Shown one piece after another: positions 48,841 to 59,569 of a stretch of DNA of 64,000 nt (positions are counted from its first letter, which is position 1; every line of letters begins with the position of its first letter). The translations under genes were made by a program, and so were the position numbers. The DNA lies in NCBI GenBank assembly GCA_963827235.1, contig CAWHAE010000017.1:1-64000 (forward strand), in the 5' to 3' direction. A model generated the notes under the pieces. It was given only the letters and a program-made list of their open reading frames with translations, searched no databases and was not told where the DNA came from. This DNA is from an uncultured bacterium. Lineage in GTDB: Bacteria > Chloroflexota > UBA5177 > JANWHV01.

Positions 48841-49689
48841 CTACCTGTTTGCTGAGGCCAGCCGGTCCAGATACCGCTTGCTAATTGCCGCTGCTTCCTT
48901 GGCCGCGCGCGGAGCTCGCGGCGTGCCGTCGAGCTCTACCATCCACCAGCCGCCGAAGCCGGCCGCTTCCAGCGTGTGCACGATGGCGGGCAGGTCGACG
49001 ACGCCGTCTCCGAGCGCTACGTAGTCCAAGTAGCCCGTGCGGTCGATCTCGTTGCCGTCGCTATCAAAGGTGATCTCGCCACCTACGTAGTCCTTGAGAT
49101 GGATGTGGCCAACCAGCTCCCGATACGTGCGCACGATCTCTACTGGGTCGCTCCCGCCTTTGGCGATCTGCCCGGTGTCGGGCGCCATAAGCACGACGCG
49201 TGGGTCAACGCCTGTCATCACCATATCGATCTGCTCACCGGTCTCGACGGGCGTGCCCGTGTGCGGGTGGAAGCAGACCTTCACACCCAGGTCGGCGCAG
49301 CGCAGGCCGATCAGGTCCAGGGTCTTGCACAGTCCGGCATACTCATCTCGGCTGTAGGCCGGCTTCGCGCTCGAATCGGCGCCGACCACGATCACGGTGC
49401 CGCCCAGGCTATGCACCTTCTCGGCCCAGGCGACCATCTTTGCCACGTCGCTCACTCTGGCGCCCGGCTCGATGAGACCGGCGGAACAGTAGGCGGCGGC
49501 CAGGTGCAGACTGTGCTCTGCCAGGTGCGCACGCAGGCCCTCGACACCACCAGGATAGGCGTCGATGACGAAGCCGAATAGCTCAATGCCTCGGTAGCCG
49601 AGGCTCGCGACGTCCTGCATCGCCTGGTGCGCCCCTTCGGGAGTGAAGGGCCAGGTGATCGCGGTATGGCCCACCTTGCTCATGTCCAC
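48841..49689 (-). CDS. Sugar phosphate isomerase/epimerase TIM barrel (IolE-like)
   Basis: HTAITW, GYRGIE, FHPHTGT, PDTGQ, HIHLKD, WMVELD. Confidence 0.88.
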   Translation of the reverse strand: MDMSKVGHTAITWPFTPEGAHQAMQDVASLGYRGIELFGFVIDAYPGGVEGLRAHLAEHSLHLAAAYCSAGLIEPGARVSDVAKMVAWAEKVHSLGGTVIVVGADSSAKPAYSRDEYAGLCKTLDLIGLRCADLGVKVCFHPHTGTPVETGEQIDMVMTGVDPRVVLMAPDTGQIAKGGSDPVEIVRTYRELVGHIHLKDYVGGEITFDSDGNEIDRTGYLDYVALGDGVVDLPAIVHTLEAAGFGGWWMVELDGTPRAPRAAKEAAAISKRYLDRLASANR

Positions 49690-49821
49690 GAGAGGTCCTC
49701 CCCCACTACTCGGCGGTCGCCGCTTGTCGCTGCCATGATCGCGTCTCCTCTGCCCGGTCCGCCTGCGTGACGAGTGCCAGCCGCATCCAGCGTCTGGAGG
49801 CAGGTGGCACGGCGGTCGACG

Positions 49822-50718
49822 CTAGGCTGAGACGTAGGCGGAAAGGTTGGCGCGCAGGTAGGCGAAGCTGGTGCGGAACGCTTCCATAATCGCCTCGGCC
49901 CTGGTGCCCCTTGTCGGGCGCGGCATCCAGCCGGTCTCGACGATCAACGGCAGATCCCGGCCGCGCGGGCTCTGCTTTACCAGGAGCTCCACGGTCGCGA
50001 CGATGTCGACGTTGCCCTCGCCCAAGGCGCAGCCAATGGGCAGGAACGGCACGCGATCGTCGTCGGGGGTGAGGGCGATCTCGTCACGGAACTCCACGAC
50101 CTTCATGTCTTTCAGATGGGTGGTTACCGTGAGCGGAGCAAGGGCAAGGGCATCCTCCATGGGGTCGCAGAGAACTGTATACGCGTTGCCGGTGTCCAGG
50201 GCCGCCCCGACTGCCGACGACTCCGTGGCCCGGAGCACAGAGGCCAGCTCCTTGCCGCTGAAGTCGCAGTGGTTCTCCACCGCGATGACCAGGCCGCGTT
50301 CCTGGGCAAGCTCGGCCGCCTGGCGCAGGCTGGCCGTCAGTCGATCCAGGTGCGCCTGGACAGGGATATCCTTGTTGAAGCGGCTGGTCACCTTTCGAAG
50401 CCGGCCGTAGCCCGTGTGCACAATGGAGCCGCCCAGGTCGAGCGCCGCATCGAGGCTGCGGATCAGATCGGCGCGTGCCTCGCTACTCTTGGGCTCCTCG
50501 TCGGACAGGCCAAACACGCCGGCGACCCAGCACTCTAGCTCAATACCCTTGCCGTCGGCGAACTCGCGCAAGCGCTTGCGCTCATCCTGGTCAAAGTGCC
50601 AGGCCATCACGCCAGTGATCTGGCCACCCAGATCGGCTACCTTCTGGATCTGGTAATACGCGGCCTCTGCCGGCTTGACGTATTCCGGTACGGGCACGCC
50701 CACGCATCCGATTTTCAT
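49822..50718 (-). CDS. Sugar phosphate isomerase/epimerase TIM barrel
   Basis: IAVENHCD, LDTGN, THLKD, LGEGNVD. Confidence 0.88.
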   Translation of the reverse strand: MKIGCVGVPVPEYVKPAEAAYYQIQKVADLGGQITGVMAWHFDQDERKRLREFADGKGIELECWVAGVFGLSDEEPKSSEARADLIRSLDAALDLGGSIVHTGYGRLRKVTSRFNKDIPVQAHLDRLTASLRQAAELAQERGLVIAVENHCDFSGKELASVLRATESSAVGAALDTGNAYTVLCDPMEDALALAPLTVTTHLKDMKVVEFRDEIALTPDDDRVPFLPIGCALGEGNVDIVATVELLVKQSPRGRDLPLIVETGWMPRPTRGTRAEAIMEAFRTSFAYLRANLSAYVSA

Positions 50719-50727
50719 CGTCACCCC

Positions 50728-52050
50728 CTACTGCCTGTTACCGACAAACGAGGTCACGCTCTCGCAGGCGAGCTCGGCGGCGAAAACGCCGCTTCGTACG
50801 GGTACGGCGGCAAGTTGCGCGAGGTCTTCCTCGCGCGACGTGCGAAACGGCACCACGTCGATCACGGCAGGGGACTCATCCAGGCGAAACTCGACGGCTG
50901 CCGGCAAGGATCCCTTGTTCACGGCAACGATGACGAAGGCATCGCCTGTCCCAGCTCTGTACGCCGTGACGAGAACGCCCTCGTCCGGCTCCGGAGTGGC
51001 CTCGATACGAGTCCACCCGGGCCGGACGAATCGACTGTAGTTGCCGATCACATACGTCGTCTTGAGCACCTTGTAGGTTTGCGCCTGCAGGTCGAGCTGG
51101 ATCAAGCCACCACCCTGCTTCGCCTTGCACGAGGCTAGCCACCAATAGTGCCAGGCGTTTACCCCGGTGATGGTTAGGTGCTCGTGGATCATCGTTGCGA
51201 TACGCAGCGCGTCCGTTATCGTCCAATCGCCCTCGCTTTCCGCGCAAACTTCTGTCTGCCAGATCCGCTTGCCGTGCGTCTTTGACCGTGGAAACGCGTT
51301 CTTGCCGTAGTCGTATGCGTGCGTCCCGACGATGTCGAAAGCCTCGCGGGCTCCCCGGTCCTCGAGGGCTTCGATTGCGTACTCCTCGCTTAGCTTGGTC
51401 ATCTCGGGCAGGATCACCTTCGCGGTGACTCGATCCCTGGCCAGCGCTGGCGCGAGATGATCCTTGACGAAGTCCCGGAGCTGCGCGCCGGTCCACCGGC
51501 ACGAGGAATAGCCAATCGTCAGATCGGGCTCGTTGGTTGGCGAGATCGCGTAGATGTCCAGCCCGTGGTGCTCCTTGTAGCCTGTCACGTAGCGGGACAG
51601 GTAGTCTGCGAATGCTTGGTACTTGTCCTCTCGCAGCTCACCGCCGTCGATGACGCAGTTATTGGTCTTCATCCATGCTGGAGGGCTCCAGGCGGTGCTC
51701 ATGAAGCGGGTGCATCCGCGCAGCGCCGCTTCGCGCATGAGCGTTATCTGCTCCTCGTCGCCCGTCCAGCTCCAGACCCCTTCGCTTGGCTCGATGCTGG
51801 CAGTGGGGCCATCGATCGCGTCTCCCCAGACGCCGCCGTCGCCCACGATATTTCGCACGATGCTCAGCCCGATGCCGCGCTCCCGCGAGAACAGCAGGTC
51901 CAGCATGGAAGAGCGCGCCGGTTCCGGATAGTGCAATATGTGTCCGCCCTGGTGGAATGCGCCGCTGGCGCCGAACCCGTCTATCTCCTGACGCTTCTCG
52001 TGCCACCGCACGCTGCAGCACGCCCCATCGACTCGCCTGTCCTCGGCCAT
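50728..52050 (-). CDS. GH30 glycoside hydrolase (xylanase-like), no signal peptide
   Basis: QEIDGFG, GLSIVR, WSPPAWMK, PTNEPD, WQTEV, AWHYWW, NYSRFVRPG. Confidence 0.9.
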   Translation of the reverse strand: MAEDRRVDGACCSVRWHEKRQEIDGFGASGAFHQGGHILHYPEPARSSMLDLLFSRERGIGLSIVRNIVGDGGVWGDAIDGPTASIEPSEGVWSWTGDEEQITLMREAALRGCTRFMSTAWSPPAWMKTNNCVIDGGELREDKYQAFADYLSRYVTGYKEHHGLDIYAISPTNEPDLTIGYSSCRWTGAQLRDFVKDHLAPALARDRVTAKVILPEMTKLSEEYAIEALEDRGAREAFDIVGTHAYDYGKNAFPRSKTHGKRIWQTEVCAESEGDWTITDALRIATMIHEHLTITGVNAWHYWWLASCKAKQGGGLIQLDLQAQTYKVLKTTYVIGNYSRFVRPGWTRIEATPEPDEGVLVTAYRAGTGDAFVIVAVNKGSLPAAVEFRLDESPAVIDVVPFRTSREEDLAQLAAVPVRSGVFAAELACESVTSFVGNRQ

Positions 52051-52088
52051 TCCGTCATCCCCTCAGCTGGACGAGCCATTCGTCTACA

Positions 52089-53129
52089 CTAGACGTCGTT
52101 GATCTGCGCGCAGGATTCTCTGCGAATCAGCGTCGTGGGCAGGACCACGCCCGTGCTGTCGAGCGCCTCGCCATTGAGCAGGCGGACAAGCATGCTGGTC
52201 GCTGTTCGCCCCATGTCGGCCAGCGGCTGCCGCACGGTCGTGAGTGGAGGGTTGGCGATCGCGCTCATCGGCACGTCATCGAAACCTACCACGCTGAGGT
52301 CGCGCGGCACCGTGAGTCCGCGCGACCTCGCCGCGGCATAGACGCCCATGGCCTGCAGGTCACTGCCGGCGAAGATTGCCGTAGGCGGATCTGGCAGGTC
52401 CAGCAGCGCTGCTCCCTCGACAGATCCCGACTCGTAGACGAACCCGCCCGGACGGGCATATTGCGGGACGACGTCAACCCCTGCTGCCTGCAGCGCTGCC
52501 TTGTACCCCTCCTCACGCTCGCGACTGCACTGGTAGGACGGAGGTCCGCTGATCATCGCGATCCGCCGGTGGCCCAGCCCAAGAAGATGTTCGGTCGCAG
52601 CCCGCGCCCCAGTCCAGTTCGTGGCCCCGACCGACGGCACAGTGGCGCCCAGTCCGCCGCGATGGTCGATGACCACGAAAGGAACACCACGTCGCGCTAG
52701 AGAGTCCAGACGACTGGACTCCCCGTGGGCGAGGACAAGGATGGCGCCGTCTGTGGCGCGGTCGACCACCGTTTCCAACCAGCGCCGCTCCCGCTGCAGC
52801 TTGTCGTGCGTCACGGTGAGTGCCATGCGAAGACCGGCACGCGCCAGACCGTCCTCCACGCCATCGATGATCTCGAAGATGTACGGGCTGTCTAGGCGCA
52901 GCACTACCAGATCCACGACACCGGTCTGACCGCTGCGGAGACTGCGCGCCGCTCTGCTGCTCACATAGCCCAACTCCACAATCGCACGCTGCACGCGTTC
53001 TCGCGTCGCCTTCGCGACACCGTTCTGATTGTTGAGCACCTTCGAAACCGTCGGTATGGAGACCCGTGCAGCCGTAGCCACGTCTACAATGGTGTATCGG
53101 CGCTCGGCAGCCACTGCTTTCTCATCCAT
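52089..53129 (-). CDS. LacI-family transcriptional regulator
   Basis: TIVDVATAARVSIPTVSKVLN, VPRDLSVVGFDD, PPLTTVRQP. Confidence 0.95.
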   Translation of the reverse strand: MDEKAVAAERRYTIVDVATAARVSIPTVSKVLNNQNGVAKATRERVQRAIVELGYVSSRAARSLRSGQTGVVDLVVLRLDSPYIFEIIDGVEDGLARAGLRMALTVTHDKLQRERRWLETVVDRATDGAILVLAHGESSRLDSLARRGVPFVVIDHRGGLGATVPSVGATNWTGARAATEHLLGLGHRRIAMISGPPSYQCSREREEGYKAALQAAGVDVVPQYARPGGFVYESGSVEGAALLDLPDPPTAIFAGSDLQAMGVYAAARSRGLTVPRDLSVVGFDDVPMSAIANPPLTTVRQPLADMGRTATSMLVRLLNGEALDSTGVVLPTTLIRRESCAQINDV

Positions 53130-53511
53130 CAGCAGCACCTACCTCCTGTGCTGGATGTCGAAGAATACGATGCCGCGTTCGTCTACCGCAGCCGGACTCT
53201 GCGCCCGCACCCAGTGACATCGGCAAATCCTGCCAGCGTGCCGAGGCGTTTACATAGTCTCGATAACGATCCCACGACTTTCGGCCCTTAGGCTACACTT
53301 GGGCCGGTGACGATGTCAAGGTGTTCTACGTACCCTGGACACAAGGCTGTACGTCTTGTGATAAGCACGAATGGATACCGGCCTACCTGGGGGCCATTCG
53401 TGCTTCCTGAGGTGCTGGACACGTCCCGTGAGTGGATAGTCCGACTTGCCGGTACTGCCCACCAGGAGCTTGACACCGCTGGTGGCTACTGGGCAAGAAG
53501 GACGCTAGAGC

Positions 53512-53569
53512 TTGACAAGGGGATGTCTCAATGCTAGAGTCGTGCCGAACAGTGTCGATACCGATATGA
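53512..53569 (+). promoter_or_regulatory. Promoter of the GH3 gene with a downstream LacI-type operator candidate
   Basis: TTGACA (53512), 17-bp spacer ending TGc, TAGAGT (53535). TCGATACCGATATGA at 53555 has a similar copy, TCGATAACGATCCCA, at 53260. Confidence 0.6.
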
Positions 53570-53578
53570 GGGCTGGCC

Positions 53579-55930
53579 ATGAGACAACCGGCATACATGG
53601 ACGCGACGGCAGCGATCGAGGATCGCGTTGCGGATTTGCTCGGGATCATGTTGCTGGACGAGAAACTCGCACAGTTGGGCTGCCTCTGGAGTTCTTCCTT
53701 CGTCGCCGACGGCGTGTTCGATCCGACCGAGGCGCTCAAGCTCATGCCTCACGGCATCGGTCAGGTGACGCGAATCGGCGGTGCCACCGCGCTCCGTCCC
53801 CACGAGAGCGCCGAGTTCATGAACGCCATCCAGCGGGCTGTGATCGAGCACACCAGGCTGGGCATCCCGGTCTTCGTCCATGAGGAAGCACTGGCAGGAC
53901 TGTCCCAGAGAGACGCCACCGTCTTCCCGCAAGCACTTGGGCTCGCAGCGACGTGGGATACGTCGCTTCTCGAACAGGTAGCAGGCGTGATCCGCACCCA
54001 AATGCTCGCGGTGGGCGCGCGGCTGGCATTGGCGCCGGTGATGGACGTAGCGCGCGATCCTCGCTGGGGACGGGTCGAGGAGACGTACGGCGAGGACCCG
54101 GTGCTCGCCGGTACCTTGGCCGCGGCGTTCGTACGCGGGCTGCAGACCAACGACCTGCAACGCGGGGTGGTCGCTACAGGCAAGCATTTCCTCGGCTATG
54201 GCGCATCGACGGGCGGGCGCAACTGCGGCCCTGTACACGTGGGCCAGCGTGAGCTGCGCGAGGTGTACGCTGAACCCTTCGGAGCAGCGATTCGGCATGC
54301 CGGTCTGGCGGCCGTCATGCCGTCCTATTCCTCGGTCGACGGAGTGCCCAGCACGGCCGACCGGCGCGTGCTCGCCGATCTGCTGCGCAGTGACCTGGGA
54401 TTCGATGGCCTGGTCGTGTCCGACTACTGGGCCGTCAACCTGCTGTGCACGTTTCATCGGATCGCTGCCTCGCCCGGCGAGGCAGCGCGCTTGGCGCTGC
54501 TGGCCGGCGTGGACGCCGAGTTGCCGGCGCTCGACTACTTTGCCGGCCCACTCAAGGCAGAGGTCGAGGCTGGACGCGTGCCGCAGTCGGCGGTCGACGA
54601 CGCAGTGCGTCGCGTCTTGCGCCTGAAGTTTCGCCTCGGTCTGTTCGACCGGCCCTACGTGGATGCGGCAGCCGCTGCAGCCCAGTTCGACACACACGAG
54701 CAGCGCGCTCTCGCGCGCAGATCGGCCGCGGCGTGCGCGGTGCTTCTCAAGAACGACGGTGTTCTGCCACTGTCCCGGACGGCTCGCCGGATCGCGGTGA
54801 TCGGCCCTGCAGCCGATGACCAGCGCCTGCTGCAAGGCGACTATCACTATCCGGCCCATCAGGAGGTCATCTTCCTCAGGTCGGACAAGACGGCATCGTT
54901 CGACGAAGCGCCGGCGGCGAAGGGTGCCTACGCGCCGGGACCGCACTTCACACCGCACGTGACACCGCTGGCGGCGCTACGGCGCGCGCTAGGCGATGCC
55001 GTCGTCGAGTATGCACGCGGCTGCGGCATACTCGACGGTCGATCGGAGATTGCCGCGGCGGTCGATGCCGCTCGCAGGGCGGATGTCGCGGTGGCGGTGG
55101 TCGGCGGCAAGAGCGGCCTCATGCGACCTGTGACCGTCGGCGAAGGTAACGACGCTACATCTCTCGATCTCACCGGTGTGCAGGAGGAGCTGGTAGAGGC
55201 CCTGGCATCTACCGGCACGCCGCTGGTGGTCGTCGTGATGAGCGGGCGAGTGCACACCCTCGAGCGCATAGCGGAGCGTGCAAACGCACTCGTGTGGACA
55301 GCCCCGTCGGGTGAGGAAGGTGGCGCCGGACTGGCAGACATACTGACCGGCCGCGAAGATCCTAGCGGCCGTCTCCCGGTGAGTCTGCCTCGAAGCGTGG
55401 GTCAGGTTCCTGTTCACGTGGGGAAACGGGCGGCATCGTACTGCGCCGTGCTCAGCGAGGGCTACGTGGATTGCCCATCGACCCCGTTGTTCGCCTTCGG
55501 TCACGGGCTGAGCTACACGACGTTTGCCTATTCAGACCTGCGCATCCGCGCCGGAACGACGCGTGAGGCTGTTGAGGTCACATGTGTACTCGCCAACACC
55601 GGTCGCGCGTCAGGCCACGAAGTTGTGCAGCTCTATGTCTCTGACGACGTTGCGGCAGTGGCCCGCCCGGATCAGATGCTGGTCGGCTTCGCACGGGTGT
55701 CGCTCGATGCCGGTAGCTCGCGGCGCATCACCTTTAGCGTCCATCCGTCTCGCCTGGCGTACTACGACATCGACATGCGGTTCGTGACGGAGCCGGGCTC
55801 TTTCACAGTGCAGGTGGGCGCCTCATCGTCCGACATCCGCCTGCGAGGAAGCTTCGAGCTTCAGGGCGAAACCGTGGAGTATCGGCAGCGAGAAATCGTC
55901 ATGACGGCGGTCTCGCATGATGCAGTGTGA
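53579..55930 (+). CDS. GH3 beta-glucosidase/beta-xylosidase
   Basis: TRLGIP, RDPRWGRVEETYGED, KHF, VVSDY, VLLKNDG, VGEG.D, FAFGHGLSYT, C-terminal Fn3-like domain. Confidence 0.95.
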   Translation: MRQPAYMDATAAIEDRVADLLGIMLLDEKLAQLGCLWSSSFVADGVFDPTEALKLMPHGIGQVTRIGGATALRPHESAEFMNAIQRAVIEHTRLGIPVFVHEEALAGLSQRDATVFPQALGLAATWDTSLLEQVAGVIRTQMLAVGARLALAPVMDVARDPRWGRVEETYGEDPVLAGTLAAAFVRGLQTNDLQRGVVATGKHFLGYGASTGGRNCGPVHVGQRELREVYAEPFGAAIRHAGLAAVMPSYSSVDGVPSTADRRVLADLLRSDLGFDGLVVSDYWAVNLLCTFHRIAASPGEAARLALLAGVDAELPALDYFAGPLKAEVEAGRVPQSAVDDAVRRVLRLKFRLGLFDRPYVDAAAAAAQFDTHEQRALARRSAAACAVLLKNDGVLPLSRTARRIAVIGPAADDQRLLQGDYHYPAHQEVIFLRSDKTASFDEAPAAKGAYAPGPHFTPHVTPLAALRRALGDAVVEYARGCGILDGRSEIAAAVDAARRADVAVAVVGGKSGLMRPVTVGEGNDATSLDLTGVQEELVEALASTGTPLVVVVMSGRVHTLERIAERANALVWTAPSGEEGGAGLADILTGREDPSGRLPVSLPRSVGQVPVHVGKRAASYCAVLSEGYVDCPSTPLFAFGHGLSYTTFAYSDLRIRAGTTREAVEVTCVLANTGRASGHEVVQLYVSDDVAAVARPDQMLVGFARVSLDAGSSRRITFSVHPSRLAYYDIDMRFVTEPGSFTVQVGASSSDIRLRGSFELQGETVEYRQREIVMTAVSHDAV

Positions 55931-56263
55931 CGTCAGCGCATTCGGCTGACGACGTGGCAAGAAAGGAGGTGACAGGGGCTGAGCGGCGCTGTATCGCGCT
56001 CGTGTCGCGTCAGCGCTGTCGCTGATCCTCTGCGTTGCACGCCTAGCACGGCGATCTGCTTTACCGGGCTCAGGCGGCGCCGGATGATTGGAGATGCCCA
56101 GACTGGACACACGACAACCGCGAAGTCGCGGCGTGGCGCTGCATGCCCACCGGCGCGAGAAGGCATCGCATCCGGCTCACGCTGACCATCGTCCCACCCA
56201 CGCGTTGCCCTGCAAATGAGGATCGATCGCCGATCAACTCTGCTGACAGAGAAGGGTTTACCA

Positions 56264-57580
56264 ATGAGGACCCACTTCAAGCTTGCAATCGCGCTAGCTG
56301 CCATGCTCCTGATTTCTCTTGTCACCCCGGCCACTCACGCCGTGCCTACGCGGGCAGCGGCGACCTCGACCATTACCATCATGGACATTCAAACCGGTTG
56401 GCAGCAGAAGGCTCTGCTGGACATGGCCAGCACGTTCATGAAGGCCAATCCCGGGGTTACCATCAAGTACGACTGGATCACTAACAACACCTACGACACC
56501 GCACTCAGCGTCGCCATGGGCGCGCATCATGGACCGGACATCTTCATGGGCTGGGGCGGTGGCGGCCTGAAGACGTACGTCGACGCCGGCGATGTGCTCG
56601 ACCTTACCAGCGCGCTCAACGCCGACCCGGCCTGGAAGGCGCTCTATTCGCCTGCAGTCATGAACGTCGCCGCGTTCAACGGCCATTTCTACGGTATTCC
56701 CATGAACGAGTCGCAGCCCGAGGTCATCGTCTACAACAAGGCGATCTTCGCCAAGTATGGTCTGTCGGTGCCGACGACCTGGCCGCAGCTGCTGCAGGTG
56801 ATCAGCACGCTGAAGAGCCACAACGTCATCCCCTTCGCTCTCGGTGCGCAGTCGGGGTGGACCGAGATGCAGATCGTTCAGTACCTCGCCGACCGCATCG
56901 GCGGCCCGAGCGCGTTCAACGACATCTCGGCGCACAAGCCGGGCGCCTCGTTCAACTCACCCGCCTGGCTTCAGGCCGCGACACTGGCACAGGGTCTCGT
57001 GAAGGCGGGTGCCTTCGAGCCGGGCTTTGCCGGGTATAACTGGGGCTCCGGGGCGGACGCCAACAAGTTCATGTGGTCGGGCCGCGCGGCCATGATGTTC
57101 ATGGGCGTCTGGGAGCTCGGCATGGCACACGACAGCGCGCCCCAGCTCGCTCCCAGTTTCTCCATCTTCTCCATTCCGGCCGTGCCCGGCGGAAAGGGCA
57201 AGAGCACCGATCTCGTCGGCAACCCGGCGAACTACTACTCGATCAACAAGGATTCCAAGAACGCGGCCGTGGCGATCGCGTACCTCAAGACTGCTCTGAA
57301 CCCGACCTTCGCCGCACAACTTCTCGCCAACGGCGAGGTGCCCCCGCTTGCGAAGCTCGACACCTCCACCGTCAAGGATCCGCAGGAAGTCGATCAAATC
57401 AAGTTGCTACAGAGCGCCACGAGCTTCCAGCTTTCCGGCGACCGGCTCCTGCCGCTCGGGCCTGGCAACGACCTCAATACGTTCACACAGTCGTTGTTCA
57501 GCCAGTCGATCACGCCGCAGCAGTTCTGCAGCAAGATGCAGGCCAGCATTGAGGCGTACTGGGCCAAGAATCCCTCCTGA
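56264..57580 (+). CDS. Sugar ABC transporter substrate-binding protein
   Basis: Signal peptide; GPDIFMGWGGG, YGIP, YNKAIF, VPTTW, GRAAM. Confidence 0.92.
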   Translation: MRTHFKLAIALAAMLLISLVTPATHAVPTRAAATSTITIMDIQTGWQQKALLDMASTFMKANPGVTIKYDWITNNTYDTALSVAMGAHHGPDIFMGWGGGGLKTYVDAGDVLDLTSALNADPAWKALYSPAVMNVAAFNGHFYGIPMNESQPEVIVYNKAIFAKYGLSVPTTWPQLLQVISTLKSHNVIPFALGAQSGWTEMQIVQYLADRIGGPSAFNDISAHKPGASFNSPAWLQAATLAQGLVKAGAFEPGFAGYNWGSGADANKFMWSGRAAMMFMGVWELGMAHDSAPQLAPSFSIFSIPAVPGGKGKSTDLVGNPANYYSINKDSKNAAVAIAYLKTALNPTFAAQLLANGEVPPLAKLDTSTVKDPQEVDQIKLLQSATSFQLSGDRLLPLGPGNDLNTFTQSLFSQSITPQQFCSKMQASIEAYWAKNPS

Positions 57581-57608
57581 TAGATAGAACCCGCTAGACG
57601 GGCAGGAA

Positions 57609-57644
57609 AGAGGAGAGTGCTCGGGCCTACGGGCACTCTCCTCT
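57609..57644 (+). terminator. Intercistronic stem-loop after the SBP gene
   Basis: AGAGGAGAGTGCTCG-ggccta-CGGGCACTCTCCTCT, a 15-bp stem without a U-tract. Confidence 0.65.
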
Positions 57645-57778
57645 CCATGGCAACTACGCATCCGCGATGCTGGCATAGCATTTGCAACACTCTAGCCAGG
57701 ACGCAGGAGCACCGAGCGTACACGCCACGACAGTGTTAGGCGTTGAGGGGATTGAGCGAGCGGGGAGGGATATGTACG

Positions 57779-58672
57779 ATGATCGAGCAGGACACCGCAG
57801 GTCAGCGGCGACGCGCTCTACGCCGGGACATTGCCATCATGCTCTTTGTCCTTCCTGCTCTGGTGCTCTACGGCATCTACCTCCTGTACCCCCTGGTCGC
57901 TTCAATTTGGTATTCCTTCCTGGACTGGAACGGCATTGCCGCGCCGACTTTTGGCGGCCTGGACAACTGGCGTCAGCTCTTCCAGGACAGCGTGGTGTTG
58001 ACGTCACTCCGCAACACGGGAATCATTTTCCTTGGCTCCCTGTTCGAGATACCCTTCGGGCTCGGGATCGCGTTGATCATCCAGCGACTCGGGCGACTGG
58101 GAACGGTGCTCTCCACCATCTACGTCATTCCCATTCTGATCTCTTCCATCGCCATCGGCGTCTCGTGGGCTCAGCTCTACGATCCGCAGTTTGGCCCGCT
58201 CTACTACATCTTCAACGCGTTCGGAGGGTCGGCGCCAGCACTGATGGGCGAGAGCTCGACCGTCGTCTGGGCCATCTCCGCTGTGGTGCTCTGGGAGTTC
58301 ATCCCCAGCTACGTGCTGATCTTCAACGCCGGGTTGGTCGGCATCCCGCACGATCTCTATGAATCGGCCGCCATCGACGGCGCCGGGAGCTGGGCCGGCT
58401 TCCGCTACCTCACTATCCCGTTGCTCAAGAAGACCTTTGTCACCGCACTCGTGCTGATCACTGTCGGCTCATTCGGCTACTTCGACCTCATCTTCATCAT
58501 GTCCGGAGGCGGGCCCGGGCAATCCTCCTACACGCTCGCCTACTACGTCTATCGTGACGCGTTCCTGACTCAGGACGTCGGGTACGGCTCGGCGCTCGCC
58601 GTGCTGCTCTTCGTCATCTCTATTGCCGTCTCCGCGGTTGTCATCCGGTTCTCGCGGCTGATCCAGGAATAG
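57779..58672 (+). CDS. Sugar ABC transporter permease
   Basis: FLDWNG, GLDNW, LYESAAIDGA (EAA motif), GGGPG. Confidence 0.93.
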   Translation: MIEQDTAGQRRRALRRDIAIMLFVLPALVLYGIYLLYPLVASIWYSFLDWNGIAAPTFGGLDNWRQLFQDSVVLTSLRNTGIIFLGSLFEIPFGLGIALIIQRLGRLGTVLSTIYVIPILISSIAIGVSWAQLYDPQFGPLYYIFNAFGGSAPALMGESSTVVWAISAVVLWEFIPSYVLIFNAGLVGIPHDLYESAAIDGAGSWAGFRYLTIPLLKKTFVTALVLITVGSFGYFDLIFIMSGGGPGQSSYTLAYYVYRDAFLTQDVGYGSALAVLLFVISIAVSAVVIRFSRLIQE

Positions 58673-58687
58673 TAAAGGAGCGGACCC

Positions 58688-59569
58688 ATGGCTACCGCGC
58701 ACGCGCAACAGCGTTCCAGTCGTTCTCGCTGGCAGCGCGTCAATCCTCAGAAGGCATCGACGTTCAGCCTTGCGCTCGTAGGTGGCATCGCATGGCTGGC
58801 CGTGGTGGCCCTCCCGCTCCTCTTTGCCGTGTCTGAGACCTTCAAGTCCCAGGCAGACGCCAATAACACCCCCGCCTGGACGCTCACCAATGCCACGCTC
58901 GACAATTACAAAACGGCGCTTACGGGGCAGTTCATGCACTACTTCCTCAACAGCGTAATCACCTCGGTCAGTGCCGTCCTGCTCTCGCTGTTCGTCGGCT
59001 CACTTGCCGCCTATGCGCTGGCGCGCATCCCGGGCCGCCTGAATGGGATGCTCTATCTTCTGTTCGTGGCCGGTCTTGCCGTGCCGGTCTACGCCGTGAT
59101 CGTCGCGACCTACCGCATCTCCATCGACGTGGGCCTGTACGATACGCTGCTCGGTCTGATCCTGCCCCTGGCAGGGACGAGCCTTCCCATCACCGTGTTC
59201 ATTCTGGCGGCGTTCATGCGCTCGATCCCCGAGGAGCTGGAGCTGTCGATGAGCATCGACGGCGCCGGGTATTTCCGCCGCTACTTCCAGCTTGCTCTCC
59301 CGCTCGCGCGGCCGGCGCTGGGAACGGTAGCGATCTTCACGTTCATCGGCGACTGGAACAACTTCATCTTTCCATTGATACTCGAGACCACGGATACCAA
59401 CCGGACGCTGCCCCTGGCGGTGTCCCTGTATCAGGGCGAATACAGCAGCAACATGCCCATGATATTGACGGTGGTCGTGCTGTCCGCCCTGCCGTTGGTG
59501 GTCTTCTACCTGCTGCAGCGCCGCAACTTCATCCAGGGCCTGACCATGGGCGCGCTCAGCGCTGTATGA
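58688..59569 (+). CDS. Sugar ABC transporter permease
   Basis: TLDNY, YFLNS, AAYALAR, IPEELELSMSIDGA, WNNFIFP. Confidence 0.93.
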   Translation: MATAHAQQRSSRSRWQRVNPQKASTFSLALVGGIAWLAVVALPLLFAVSETFKSQADANNTPAWTLTNATLDNYKTALTGQFMHYFLNSVITSVSAVLLSLFVGSLAAYALARIPGRLNGMLYLLFVAGLAVPVYAVIVATYRISIDVGLYDTLLGLILPLAGTSLPITVFILAAFMRSIPEELELSMSIDGAGYFRRYFQLALPLARPALGTVAIFTFIGDWNNFIFPLILETTDTNRTLPLAVSLYQGEYSSNMPMILTVVVLSALPLVVFYLLQRRNFIQGLTMGALSAV

